35,274 nucleotides of DNA from a virus. Its lineage: Duplodnaviria > Heunggongvirae > Uroviricota > Caudoviricetes. The notes under the pieces are model-generated. The model saw only the letters and a list, made by a program, of their open reading frames with translations, did not search any database and was not told the origin of the DNA. Position numbers and translations under genes: made by a program. Where the stretch lies: IMG/VR virus record IMGVR_UViG_2897352509_000012. The stretch is one strand, 5' to 3'. Of the stretch, positions 9,453 to 18,462 are shown piece after piece (position 1 is the stretch's first letter; each line of letters begins with the position of its first letter).

Positions 9453-10054
9453 TGAATAACGCAGAATTAAACAGTGAATTAATTGCCACTATGGCAGGAG
9501 AAATTACTGTTTATAACTTTGATGTTGAAACACTGGAATATATTTCCACGTCAACTGAATATCTTGCAGTGGGTGTCGGTATTCCAGCATATTCCTGTTT
9601 AGACGCTCCTGGTACATCTAAGGCTGGTTATACAATTTGCCGTTCTGTGGATTTAAAATCATGGGAATATGTGTCAGACCATCGCGGTGAAATCGTCTAT
9701 AACACCGAAACGGGAGATGCCAAAGAAATCACAGCACTAGGCGACTATCCCGAAAATACAACCACTATCGCCCCTTTATCTCCATACGATAAATGGGATG
9801 GTGAGAAATGGGTGACCGATACTGAGGCACAGCATAGCGCCGCAGTCGAAGCGGCAGAAGCACAACGCCAGTCACTGATTGATGCTGCAATGGCTTCCAT
9901 TAGTCTGATTCAGCTGAAATTACAAGCCGGACGGAAACTGACGCAGGCAGAAACAACCCGACTTAACGCTGTGCTGGATTACATTGACGCGGTGACGGCA
10001 ACAGATACCAGCACCGCGCCGGATGTCATCTGGCCTGAACTGCCGGAGGCGTAG
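9452..10054 (+). CDS. Tail fibre assembly chaperone (alternative set)
   Basis: 200-aa ORF directly after the alternative fibre segment; C-terminus (...LDYIDAVTATDTSTAPDVIWPELP) resembles that of the adjacent assembly protein (...LDYLDALELVDTSSAPDIEWPTPP). Confidence 0.7.
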   Translation: MNNAELNSELIATMAGEITVYNFDVETLEYISTSTEYLAVGVGIPAYSCLDAPGTSKAGYTICRSVDLKSWEYVSDHRGEIVYNTETGDAKEITALGDYPENTTTIAPLSPYDKWDGEKWVTDTEAQHSAAVEAAEAQRQSLIDAAMASISLIQLKLQAGRKLTQAETTRLNAVLDYIDAVTATDTSTAPDVIWPELPEA

Positions 10055-10478
10055 GCCATTCAATATCTGGCGCACTGGAGGTATCAACCAGTTCCAGTGC
10101 GTCCAGATAATCCAGCCACAAATTATATTGCGCCAGTTCCTCACCTTTCAGACGACCAATAGCGGCTTTACCGGGCCATTGCTTACTGTTCATGTATTCG
10201 TTGGCCTGGTTAATTAGTAGCTGTCTTTCTGATTCAGTAATTTCAATAAGTTCTTCATGCGTGGGTGGAGGAATCTCTGCCCACGCAGGCAGCCCATCAT
10301 CTCCGGCAATACGGATTTTTCCTTGTGGCGGTTCAGCCATAAACTCACTGATAATATTTTGATTTACTTCCTTAGCGTCTGATAAATCCCATCCCTCTGA
10401 TTTATATTTATCAATCATATCCACAGGGAAAAAAGCATTATGCCTTGCGCTATAAACATATTCGTTCATATAAATCAC
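10026..10478 (-). CDS. G: Tail fibre assembly chaperone (G-like, active set)
   Basis: 150-aa ORF directly downstream of H on the same strand; 3' end overlaps convergent assembly gene. Confidence 0.75.
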   Translation of the reverse strand: MIYMNEYVYSARHNAFFPVDMIDKYKSEGWDLSDAKEVNQNIISEFMAEPPQGKIRIAGDDGLPAWAEIPPPTHEELIEITESERQLLINQANEYMNSKQWPGKAAIGRLKGEELAQYNLWLDYLDALELVDTSSAPDIEWPTPPAVQAR

Positions 10479-10489
10479 CCTGAATAAAA

Positions 10490-11689
10490 TTACTCACCAA
10501 CAGCCCACCAACTGTAATTCATCGATACCGTGTCGCTGGTTGATGACGTTCTGTAAGCAGAATTAAAGCCGGTTAACGTTGGGCCTTCTGCAGTCATCAC
10601 GAACCCTCGCCCAGCGCCTAAAGGCGCACCGCCATCACCAGAATGAGTAAGCATGGCGCAGTCCGCTTTTTTGGGGAAAGGGATGCTGAATGTAATTCTC
10701 ATTGTTTGCGTCGATAATGTCGGCGTAACCGCACCACGACCATATTGCAGGATTTTCCCGTTGGGTAATTTCATCCATCCATCACCACTGGCAAAAGAGG
10801 CCATGTCCGGTATCTGATTTTCCCCTGTCCCCACATCCCGTTTTGCCGCTTCTCCCAAACCAAGGTATGCGAGAAGACCAGCAACATCCTTTCCACTCAA
10901 ATTAGTAAGCGTATTGTCCAGCGGTTGTTTGCCTGCCAGCGCATTGTTAATGGTGGTGCTGAATTTCGGGTCATTGTTAATGGCTGCGGCAATTTCTTTC
11001 AGTGTGTCCAGCGTGGCTGGCGCACCGTTAATCAGAGCGGTAATAGCGGCCTGAACAAACTCAGTGGTCGCAATCCGCGAGGTGTTATTTCCTGCGGCAG
11101 GCGTCGGCGCTTTTGGTTCTCCGGTAAATGTCGGATTATGTTTCTGCGCATACTGGGTATGAGGATCCTGTGCGGCAATGTGGTTTCTCATCTGGTCATC
11201 CACATACAGCCTTAATTCCAGGACTTCATCATCCACGTATTTACGGGTCGCCAGTACCACCGACGGGTCGATTTTCAGCGTGATGGCTTCGGTATTCGTG
11301 ACAACCAGAATCATGCGGATAGTCTGGGTGCGTCCGCTGCCTTCCTGCAACTGCGGTTTGTACGTTTCCGGGCAGTTTGCCACCGCAATGAGTACACCTT
11401 CATCATCATAAAGACCAATCTCACGGATCCAGAACCCTCCCTCGTTTTCAGGGATGATTTGCTCCGCAATAATCTGGCTCTGATTGTTCGGGTCAACACT
11501 CAGAAGATTCAGCGGTGCAATGCGTTTCTGGTTAATCAGTATTGTCTGTGCCGGGTCTGGTGTCGGCAAGACACCATTCGCATCACCAACGGCCATTTGC
11601 GTCAGATTCAGCTTACTGCCGAGCATCGTCGCGTTAGCCAGCCGTGCTGCGCCCTGATTAGTCAGAATGGCGTAGTATTTCACTGTCAT
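10490..11689 (-). CDS. H: Tail fibre protein H; constant N-terminus (about 10863..11689) fused to variable C-terminus (10490..10862)
   Basis: N-terminus MTVKYYAILTNQGAARLANA recognised as P2 gpH-like; crossover site inside ORF at ...AYLGLGEAA... Confidence 0.85.
   Translation of the reverse strand: MTVKYYAILTNQGAARLANATMLGSKLNLTQMAVGDANGVLPTPDPAQTILINQKRIAPLNLLSVDPNNQSQIIAEQIIPENEGGFWIREIGLYDDEGVLIAVANCPETYKPQLQEGSGRTQTIRMILVVTNTEAITLKIDPSVVLATRKYVDDEVLELRLYVDDQMRNHIAAQDPHTQYAQKHNPTFTGEPKAPTPAAGNNTSRIATTEFVQAAITALINGAPATLDTLKEIAAAINNDPKFSTTINNALAGKQPLDNTLTNLSGKDVAGLLAYLGLGEAAKRDVGTGENQIPDMASFASGDGWMKLPNGKILQYGRGAVTPTLSTQTMRITFSIPFPKKADCAMLTHSGDGGAPLGAGRGFVMTAEGPTLTGFNSAYRTSSTSDTVSMNYSWWAVGE
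10849..10876. repeat. Inversion crossover site (right), hix/gix-like, inside H
   Basis: CTTCTCCCAAACC-AA-GGTATGCGAGAAG, inverted relative to 8948..8973. Confidence 0.6.
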
Positions 11690-12297
11690 GCGTTTACTCT
11701 CAGGTTATCAATTAAATGAATGGCCGAGGCCTGGAAATAATCCCCTCCGACAATAATGGCCTCCGGGGTGTAGGGATAAACCGTCAGGGCGTCACCGTGA
11801 TAGCATCCCGCACCGGCAAAAATGTTGCCGATTGTACTTAAACTGATAGCCAGTCCCGTCAGATGGCGGCTTGCCGGTTTTGCATCAGCAACGAGGCGCT
11901 CCAGCTCCTGATACATTTCCTCGGTAATACCCTGCTCAAGCACGCCAACAACGATGCGGAACGTCCCCGGCTCCTCGTTGAGCTGCCACCACTCCCTCAC
12001 CTCAATCAGATAGCCGAGCGGCTCCACCACACGCCGGATTGCGCCTATAGTGCCCTTATGGCAGTGAATGAAATACGCATCGCGGATAAGAGCGCGTTTT
12101 GTTGCTTCCGGCCACTTATCATCCCAGCGGTCAACAGAAAACGCCCACGCCAGCCACGGCAGCAGATTTGCCGGACAGGTATCCGGGTTCCACAGCTCAC
12201 GAATACTGACCGGCGTTTTTTCAATTTCCGCACAGGCTTTTGCGGCGGCAACTTCAAGCGGTGATGAGCCGGTCGGCAGCAGTCGCGAATCACTCAT
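11686..12297 (-). CDS. I: Baseplate assembly protein I
   Basis: MSDSRLLPTGSSPLEVAAAK..., recognised gpI-like; synteny J-I-H. Confidence 0.8.
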   Translation of the reverse strand: MSDSRLLPTGSSPLEVAAAKACAEIEKTPVSIRELWNPDTCPANLLPWLAWAFSVDRWDDKWPEATKRALIRDAYFIHCHKGTIGAIRRVVEPLGYLIEVREWWQLNEEPGTFRIVVGVLEQGITEEMYQELERLVADAKPASRHLTGLAISLSTIGNIFAGAGCYHGDALTVYPYTPEAIIVGGDYFQASAIHLIDNLRVNA

Positions 12298-13198
12298 CCG
12301 AGCCTCCGGTCACGACGCGGTATTCGGTACAGAAAGACGCCTGCGTGCTGTTAAGCACGATATCGGCCAGCGGTGCAGCCAGTTCGACACGCTGCACGCC
12401 TTCCACATGCAAAGCGGCATAAATGGCAGACAGACGGATGTCGCGCCCCAGCCGGTGCTGTGCCGTGATGTACGCTTCCAGTTTTTTCACGGCAGCAGCG
12501 CGGATGGGTTCGCTTTCGGGACCAGGGTAAAGGTAAAGCGTGGCGTTTATCTGGTATTCAACGATGGCAGCAGACTGCACGGTCACGCGGTCGGCCACCG
12601 GCCTGACGTCCTCGCCATTAAGGGCGTTACGCACCACGGCCAGCAGGTCTTCGGATGCGACGCCGTTATTTTCACGTGACAGCACGGAGATAGTGACGCA
12701 GGCCGGAGACGGACTGGTGACAGAGATATCCGCGACACGCCCGTCAGCACTGCGACCATGATACTGATAGGCTCCCACCGACCCGGCGACGCTTAAGCCC
12801 TCAAACGCCTGCTGAATACGCAGACGATAATCGGTGTCAGACTCCATCACTGCCGGTGTCGGCGGGATAGTCGAATCATCTGCCGGGGTGATAATCAGGC
12901 GCGTGGTGTTGTAATTGGCACCAATCACATCAAGGTCATTACCGGCGGCACAGGCCAGCATTACCGCCCGTGCGGCCTCATTCACACGCTGACGCCAGAT
13001 AAGCTCACGATAAGCATTTTCCTCCAGCAGTTTGACGAGAGGCTCGGATTCCAGCGTCAGGGTACGGGCAACCGCCTCCTGCTGGTCTTCCGGGTAAAGG
13101 GAAATCAGTGTCGCCTTGCGTTCGGCAAGAATGGTTTCAAAGTCCAGCTCCTCGACCACATCCGGTGCGGGTAGCTGGTTCAGGTCGATAATCGGCAT
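12290..13198 (-). CDS. J: Baseplate assembly protein J, 302 aa
   Basis: Length/synteny match to P2 gpJ. Confidence 0.9.
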   Translation of the reverse strand: MPIIDLNQLPAPDVVEELDFETILAERKATLISLYPEDQQEAVARTLTLESEPLVKLLEENAYRELIWRQRVNEAARAVMLACAAGNDLDVIGANYNTTRLIITPADDSTIPPTPAVMESDTDYRLRIQQAFEGLSVAGSVGAYQYHGRSADGRVADISVTSPSPACVTISVLSRENNGVASEDLLAVVRNALNGEDVRPVADRVTVQSAAIVEYQINATLYLYPGPESEPIRAAAVKKLEAYITAQHRLGRDIRLSAIYAALHVEGVQRVELAAPLADIVLNSTQASFCTEYRVVTGGSDE

Positions 13199-13202
13199 GG
13201 TT

Positions 13203-13550
13203 TCAACTCACAGGGATGGTTAACGAAAGTGGCTGGCCGGTGTCGTTGTGCTGACCGGTTAACGTGACCGTCATTCGCCCGTCAAAACTGCGCGCCGTGG
13301 TGACGGATGACAGGGTGACGCGGGGTTCCCATTTCAGCACGGCCATGTAACAGGCGACCTTAATCTGCAACTCAAGCGCCGGGGTCTGCGGCTGGTCAAT
13401 CATTGACGCCAGCAACGAGCCGTAATCACGACGCATCACCCGTGAGCCGACCGGCGTGCGCAGGATATCGCCGATACTCTGGCTGATATGCTCAAGGTCA
13501 GTGACAGTCAGGCCATCACTGCGATTCATTCCGAGATAACGCGCTGTCAT
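13203..13550 (-). CDS. W: Baseplate protein W (gp25-like), 115 aa
   Basis: Length/synteny match to P2 gpW. Confidence 0.9.
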   Translation of the reverse strand: MTARYLGMNRSDGLTVTDLEHISQSIGDILRTPVGSRVMRRDYGSLLASMIDQPQTPALELQIKVACYMAVLKWEPRVTLSSVTTARSFDGRMTVTLTGQHNDTGQPLSLTIPVS

Positions 13551-14182
13551 AGAGGACTCCCGGTTGTGCCGCCGCTGTCGCCGGGGTGTTTATGGGTATG
13601 CAGTACCTTACCGTTTGATGAGAGTTCACCGCCGGTGTGTTCAATGTTGCCGCGCATCGTCCCGCCCTTCTGCACTTCCAGCGTGCCGGTAGTCAGTTTG
13701 TTAGTGCAGACCACCTCCGGTGTGTCCAGTGTGATGCGGGTTGACGCTTTCACCATGACCACCGGCACCGTGGCAGTAACAGAATCAGAAGCCGTCACGC
13801 TGGCCGTTTTAATTCCGCTTACCGTGAGTGCACTGGTTTCGGGTTCATACTCAATCACCGCCCCGTCAGGGAAACGGATATGCAGGGCATCCGCCGACGC
13901 AGACGGCGCGGGGTTATCGCCGGAATAAATCCCCGGCAGAACAAACGCCGTGTCAAGTTCACCGCCCACGGCCAGAATCAGCACCTGCTCCCCCACGGAA
14001 GGTGCCCACCATGTGCGCGAACGCCCGGCACGACAGGTCAGCCACTGAAGCCAGTCGGTGCACATGCCGCCGGTCTGCACACGGCAGCGACCGGCTTTAA
14101 GGTTGGTTTCGACGACAAGGCCGGTGCGGATCATGTTGCGCAGTGCGCGCGCGAGTTCCTGGATATTTGCGAGAGTGTTCAT
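13547..14182 (-). CDS. V: Baseplate spike protein V, 211 aa
   Basis: Length/synteny match to P2 gpV. Confidence 0.9.
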   Translation of the reverse strand: MNTLANIQELARALRNMIRTGLVVETNLKAGRCRVQTGGMCTDWLQWLTCRAGRSRTWWAPSVGEQVLILAVGGELDTAFVLPGIYSGDNPAPSASADALHIRFPDGAVIEYEPETSALTVSGIKTASVTASDSVTATVPVVMVKASTRITLDTPEVVCTNKLTTGTLEVQKGGTMRGNIEHTGGELSSNGKVLHTHKHPGDSGGTTGSPL

Positions 14183-14248
14183 AACGGGAAGGATGCCGCC
14201 GGGTCATACCGGCGGCAATGTAACGATGAGGTGTCGGGAATGGCACAA

Positions 14249-14701
14249 CTAACGGTCGAGGTGAGCCAGGATAATCTCTTCAATCATCTGCACATCCTCA
14301 CCGGTAAAGCCGAGCAGAGGACGCGCCGGATAATCAATTTTCTTACCGTCTTTCCGGGTTTCTTCCGACAGGCCGAACTGATGCACGCTGGCGATTTTCG
14401 GTGACTTCCCGCCGTAAAATTCCATTGATGCCTGTTCCGGGCTGGCGCGGATATGCAAAAAACGACTGGTGATAAGTTTCGCAAACATTTTTCGCTTAAC
14501 GCGACCGGTCTTTTTTCTGGCGCTCTGCTGCTGGCGTGGCGCATAGGGTGTGCCATCCGGGGCTTTCTGTGCCATCACCCGACGCTGCTGACTCTGCCGC
14601 AGACGTTTCGCCAGTTCGGCGCTCAGTCGCCGACGCCCTGACGGTGACAGCGACTCAATCAGTCCGGTCAGCCGGTCTTCAAAATGCTTAAACTCATTCA
14701 T
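14249..14701 (-). CDS. S: Tail completion protein S, 150 aa
   Basis: Length/synteny match to P2 gpS. Confidence 0.85.
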   Translation of the reverse strand: MNEFKHFEDRLTGLIESLSPSGRRRLSAELAKRLRQSQQRRVMAQKAPDGTPYAPRQQQSARKKTGRVKRKMFAKLITSRFLHIRASPEQASMEFYGGKSPKIASVHQFGLSEETRKDGKKIDYPARPLLGFTGEDVQMIEEIILAHLDR

Positions 14702-15161
14702 CCCACTTGCTCACCAGTTCGCCATTGATATACAGCTCCATCGGGCGGGTGACCGGTTCCGGCGGCGGGGGTTCCGGGATATTCTTCACATGCAGTGCGC
14801 CGTCCACCTCACTGACCAGCGTGCGCTCAGTCAGCATCAGGCTGATGCTGATATCAAAGCTGCTGTCATTGTTGATGTCTGCATAAAACGTGAAGCCCTT
14901 TTTCTGACCTTCGTCGGTGGTCATGATGTCGGGCTGATTTTCCCGCAGCCACGCCAGCACCGGCACGATGAGCAGGTCAAAATCACCGGTAAAGTCGGTC
15001 ACAATGACATTGAGCGTGTAACGCTTTTCGAATGACAACGACGCCGCCAGTGTGGAGGCAATACTCCCGTTATCCACGAATATCCGCAGCATATCGGGGT
15101 TAGTTTTCAGCACCGTGACGGCATCAGTCAGCGCCCTGCGCAGGCTGTCGGGTTTGAGCAT
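14694..15161 (-). CDS. R: Tail completion protein R, 155 aa
   Basis: Length/synteny match to P2 gpR. Confidence 0.85.
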   Translation of the reverse strand: MLKPDSLRRALTDAVTVLKTNPDMLRIFVDNGSIASTLAASLSFEKRYTLNVIVTDFTGDFDLLIVPVLAWLRENQPDIMTTDEGQKKGFTFYADINNDSSFDISISLMLTERTLVSEVDGALHVKNIPEPPPPEPVTRPMELYINGELVSKWDE

Positions 15162-15414
15162 CGTTTTCGTCCTGACAGTGTTTAATCATTTTTACCTGGC
15201 TGGCACAGCGTGCCAGCGCGTTCTCAAGCTGCCGGATATCGGCACTTAAATCACCGTTCGTCTCCGGGTCAATGCCCGGCATCGGGCAAAGACTCACTTT
15301 CGGGCAGGCGTTGTGGACAATCACTGGCGTCGGCGCAGGCGGGGCGCTGGTGCAACCGGCGCACAGTATCAGGCAGGTCAGCGCCGTACCAGCGGCGAAA
15401 ATCTTCGTTTTCAT
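15124..15414 (-). CDS. lysC: LysC, Rz1-like outer-membrane lipoprotein spanin, about 96 aa
   Basis: MKTKIFAAGTALTCLILCAGC lipoprotein signal/lipobox, Pro-rich, in alternate frame inside 3' part of lysB. Confidence 0.7.
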   Translation of the reverse strand: MKTKIFAAGTALTCLILCAGCTSAPPAPTPVIVHNACPKVSLCPMPGIDPETNGDLSADIRQLENALARCASQVKMIKHCQDENDAQTRQPAQGAD

Positions 15415-15694
15415 TGAGTAACCTCGTGATGGCTTTCTCGCGCTGTGCTTCACGCTTCGCGGCGTTCTCCAGTTCCTGACGCAGTGCCACCTGCGCCAGC
15501 TCGTTTTTGTCTGCCCTGGTGAGGGCAACATGAAGCTGATTTTTCAGCATGGTGATGGTCGTCTGCTGCCCGCTGGCGACGTTGTTCGCCCTGTCCAGCG
15601 AGGCGCGCAGGCTGGCGTTTTTGTGTTTCACCAGAAACAGCCCCGCCACCGCCAGCGATAACAACACGACCAGCACAATCATCAGCCTTGACAT
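15269..15694 (-). CDS. lysB: LysB, Rz-like inner-membrane spanin, 141 aa
   Basis: N-terminal TM helix MSRLMIVLVVLLSLAVAGLF then charged coiled-coil; position after lysA. Confidence 0.8.
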   Translation of the reverse strand: MSRLMIVLVVLLSLAVAGLFLVKHKNASLRASLDRANNVASGQQTTITMLKNQLHVALTRADKNELAQVALRQELENAAKREAQREKAITRLLNENEDFRRWYGADLPDTVRRLHQRPACADASDCPQRLPESESLPDAGH

Positions 15695-16107
15695 GGTTCC
15701 CGCTCCTCAAGACGCTGACGACAGGCTTTACGTATCAGCCGGAAAAACAGCGACGCCACAAGATAAATCAGCGCGGTAAAAATCCACCCGGCGGCGACCA
15801 GCGCGATAAACGTCGCCACCATCACCACCAGAGCCGCCGCCCGTCTGCGCCACGGCACTGGCTGCAAAAACAGCGACGTGACAATCTTCACGGCCAGCGA
15901 TTCCGGCGGCAGCTCCCGCCCGTAGCGTTCCAGCACATACTCAGTGGCATACACCCCGACACCACCGGCAACCACACAGATAACCGTCGCCAGAATCGCC
16001 CAGGCAGCGACAAAACTGACGGCCACGCTCTGCGGATAAATCAGGGACAGTGCCAGCATCAGCGCCAGCGACACGTGCAGCATCAGTGAAAGGGATAATT
16101 TCTTCAT
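15682..16107 (-). CDS. lysA: LysA lysis membrane protein, 141 aa
   Basis: Multi-TM hydrophobic protein between endolysin and lysB as in P2. Confidence 0.8.
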   Translation of the reverse strand: MKKLSLSLMLHVSLALMLALSLIYPQSVAVSFVAAWAILATVICVVAGGVGVYATEYVLERYGRELPPESLAVKIVTSLFLQPVPWRRRAAALVVMVATFIALVAAGWIFTALIYLVASLFFRLIRKACRQRLEEREPCQG

Positions 16108-16121
16108 GGTGTTTACTCCGT

Positions 16122-16619
16122 TTAAGCCGGTACGCCGCCAGCGGTACGCCAGACGGTGACCAGTTTTTCCAGTGAATGCTCACGCTGACCGTAACCGGCA
16201 CCCGGCAGGGACGCCCAGATATTGCGACAGCGTGAAATGGCGCGCTCAATGCGTCCCGCCCGGATGTCATCCAGTGCACCGCGTTCGCGGATCAACTGAA
16301 TGGCGAGTCTGTCCTGTGACAACGGACTGAAATCCGGCAGGGCAAGCTGTTTGCGGTAGTGCGGCCAGAACAGGTAAAGCTGCTGATAGCGACCGGAGGC
16401 CGTGGATTTTTCACCGCGACGGTTAAACACCTTCGCCGGTCGGCCATGCGCGAACGGGTGGTCACTGTAGTCGGTGAAAATTTCCGGCTTCCCGTCCAGT
16501 CCGGTGACTATCACGTCATAGCCCCGGTTTTTCGTCAGCGGATGATTCGCCGTCCCTTCGGACACGGCCAGCATGTCGAGAAAGGCCGCGATATTCTGAT
16601 GCGTGTTAATTACCGGCAT
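16122..16619 (-). CDS. K: Endolysin K (lambda R-like lysozyme), 165 aa
   Basis: Length/synteny match to P2 gpK; follows holin. Confidence 0.9.
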   Translation of the reverse strand: MPVINTHQNIAAFLDMLAVSEGTANHPLTKNRGYDVIVTGLDGKPEIFTDYSDHPFAHGRPAKVFNRRGEKSTASGRYQQLYLFWPHYRKQLALPDFSPLSQDRLAIQLIRERGALDDIRAGRIERAISRCRNIWASLPGAGYGQREHSLEKLVTVWRTAGGVPA

Positions 16620-16900
16620 TACGGTTTCCCCCTGCCCTTAAAGCGGCGCTGAATGGCAATCTCAATCACCTGATAACCGGCGATACCCAGCATGGAGCCG
16701 ATGCCGCACACCGCAGGCAGTGACAGGTCAGGAAACTGCACCAGAACAACACCGGCAACCATCGAGACAAAACCACCGAGCAACATGCGCCCGATAAACA
16801 GACGCGGGGTGATGGGTTCACCACCGGCAAGCACCTTGCCGACAACAATCAGCACCCCAATCATGAAAAGCGACAGGACGCTTTTTTCTTCTGCTGTCAT
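16619..16900 (-). CDS. Y: Holin Y, 93 aa
   Basis: Three hydrophobic segments, basic C-terminus RRFKGRGKP; precedes endolysin. Confidence 0.85.
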   Translation of the reverse strand: MTAEEKSVLSLFMIGVLIVVGKVLAGGEPITPRLFIGRMLLGGFVSMVAGVVLVQFPDLSLPAVCGIGSMLGIAGYQVIEIAIQRRFKGRGKP

Positions 16901-16903
16901 GCG

Positions 16904-17107
16904 TTACTCCCACAGATTGACAGTTTCAGCCACGGGCGCGGTCTGAACGTCGGGCAGTTCGACGGCGGTGCCGTGCGGCAGCACCGCGCCCAGTTCAGCC
17001 AGTCCCGGATTTGCGGCGAGCACGGTTTCAACCACGCCCTCAGTGCGCCCGTAATACCGGACACAAATGGCGTCGAGCGTGTCGCCCTGTAGCGCAAAGG
17101 TCTTCAT
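16904..17107 (-). CDS. X: Tail protein X (LysM-like), 67 aa
   Basis: MKTFALQGDTLDAICVRYYGRTEG...; start at internal Met of 90-aa ORF. Confidence 0.8.
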   Translation of the reverse strand: MKTFALQGDTLDAICVRYYGRTEGVVETVLAANPGLAELGAVLPHGTAVELPDVQTAPVAETVNLWE

Positions 17108-17616
17108 CAGATTTGACTCACGATGCAGCGCGGCTTGTCCTGGATGCGCGCCACTGCCCAGCGCATATCCCGCCACAGTTCATCAATGGTGCTGTCAATG
17201 CTGTCGGCCTTCTTGTCGCCTTTCGCACTGGCATCCACGCCGCGATAACGCTCATAAAGCGATGCGGTCGCCATCGCACACACGGCGCGCTCGTAGTAAA
17301 AAACTTTGATGCTTTCACCGTCGATGTCGTCCGCCGGGACGTCAGCCAGACGCGTAAAACCGGCGGCAATTTTCTGTTCGCGGTACTCGTACAGCTCCGC
17401 ATTCGTTTCAGCCATGCCTGACTTGATGGCCTCACGCAGACGGGCGGGGGCGACGGTCTGCTCAAGGCGCATACGTTCCCGGACGCGCTTCGGGTCGATA
17501 TCGGGAAAAAAGAACGTGTTTTTAATCACCGGCTCGTCGCCTGCCGGTTGCGGGATGACCACCGTACCCTCACCGGACACGGGAGCCTCCTTTCGCGGAA
17601 TAATCAGCGTCATCAT
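17107..17616 (-). CDS. L: Head completion protein L, 169 aa
   Basis: MMTLIIPRKEAPVSGEG...; start at internal Met; synteny M-L-X. Confidence 0.85.
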   Translation of the reverse strand: MMTLIIPRKEAPVSGEGTVVIPQPAGDEPVIKNTFFFPDIDPKRVRERMRLEQTVAPARLREAIKSGMAETNAELYEYREQKIAAGFTRLADVPADDIDGESIKVFYYERAVCAMATASLYERYRGVDASAKGDKKADSIDSTIDELWRDMRWAVARIQDKPRCIVSQI

Positions 17617-17715
17617 GACTACCTCTGAAAAGTCGGGCGGTGGACGCCGGTGCAGTGTCAGGTGATTCACCCTCACTGACCGGCGTGCCGCCCTGGCGCG
17701 GGGCGCATTCGGTTG

Positions 17716-18459
17716 TTAACTGGCTTTCTTTTTCGGGCGTCCACGTTTTGCCGGTGTCGCACTCCGGCTCTTACGCGGGGCGCGGGTGGCCGCTTTTGGC
17801 TGCGGCTCCGGCTTCGGTTTCAGTTCCCGCTCCAGTCGTTCAATCTCTTTTTTGACGCCTGCCTGACAGTCGAGCTGTGTCGCACGTTGCAGGTGCGCCA
17901 GCGCACCGGCGGCATCACCACCGTCACGCAGAAACAGACCGGTGATTTTGTGCAGCTTTGCGCGCACTTCATCAGGCATGTCAGCAGCAGCGGTCAGTTC
18001 AAGGGTGTCCGTCAGCAGTCGGATATCCACGGATTCACCGGCAGCGTGAGCGCGCATGGCCGCAAGCGCCACCTCCTCGGTGAACATGTACGGCGGGGTG
18101 CGGCGGTGTTTACCCGGCATGGTCAGCCCGTACTTCAGGGCATAACGGGCAATCTCCAGCGCACCGGCAATATCGCCGGTATCCAGACGCCACAGCATGA
18201 CCGTCATCAGAATGTCATCCTGTGCACCTTTGCCCTGCTCCAGCACGCCGTTCACCCACGGCAACCAGAACGGCAGCAGTTCGCGTTTTTTCGCGGCCTT
18301 CAGCTCTTTTGAATAAATCGCTTTCAGTGTGCGCTGGTCTGCGGCCAGCTTGACCAGCATCTGCTCATAGACAGTTGCATGTCGCAGCGGGGCGGCTTCC
18401 CGCTGCGCGGTCATCGCTGCCGAGACCCGCATCATGTGGCGCTGTGCGGGACTCGTCAT
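17716..18459 (-). CDS. M: Terminase endonuclease (small) subunit M, 247 aa
   Basis: Length/synteny match to P2 gpM. Confidence 0.9.
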   Translation of the reverse strand: MTSPAQRHMMRVSAAMTAQREAAPLRHATVYEQMLVKLAADQRTLKAIYSKELKAAKKRELLPFWLPWVNGVLEQGKGAQDDILMTVMLWRLDTGDIAGALEIARYALKYGLTMPGKHRRTPPYMFTEEVALAAMRAHAAGESVDIRLLTDTLELTAAADMPDEVRAKLHKITGLFLRDGGDAAGALAHLQRATQLDCQAGVKKEIERLERELKPKPEPQPKAATRAPRKSRSATPAKRGRPKKKAS

Positions 18460-18462
18460 CGG

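Noticed and set aside
12068-12679. 203-aa plus-strand ORF antisense to baseplate genes I/J
   Set aside because: Nested antisense to two length-conserved P2 genes; low-complexity composition.
13880-14404. 174-aa plus-strand ORF antisense to V/S
   Set aside because: Arg-rich shadow ORF overlapping conserved genes.
17713-18312. 199-aa plus-strand ORF antisense to terminase M
   Set aside because: Shadow ORF; Arg/Gly-rich translation; M is length-conserved on the other strand.
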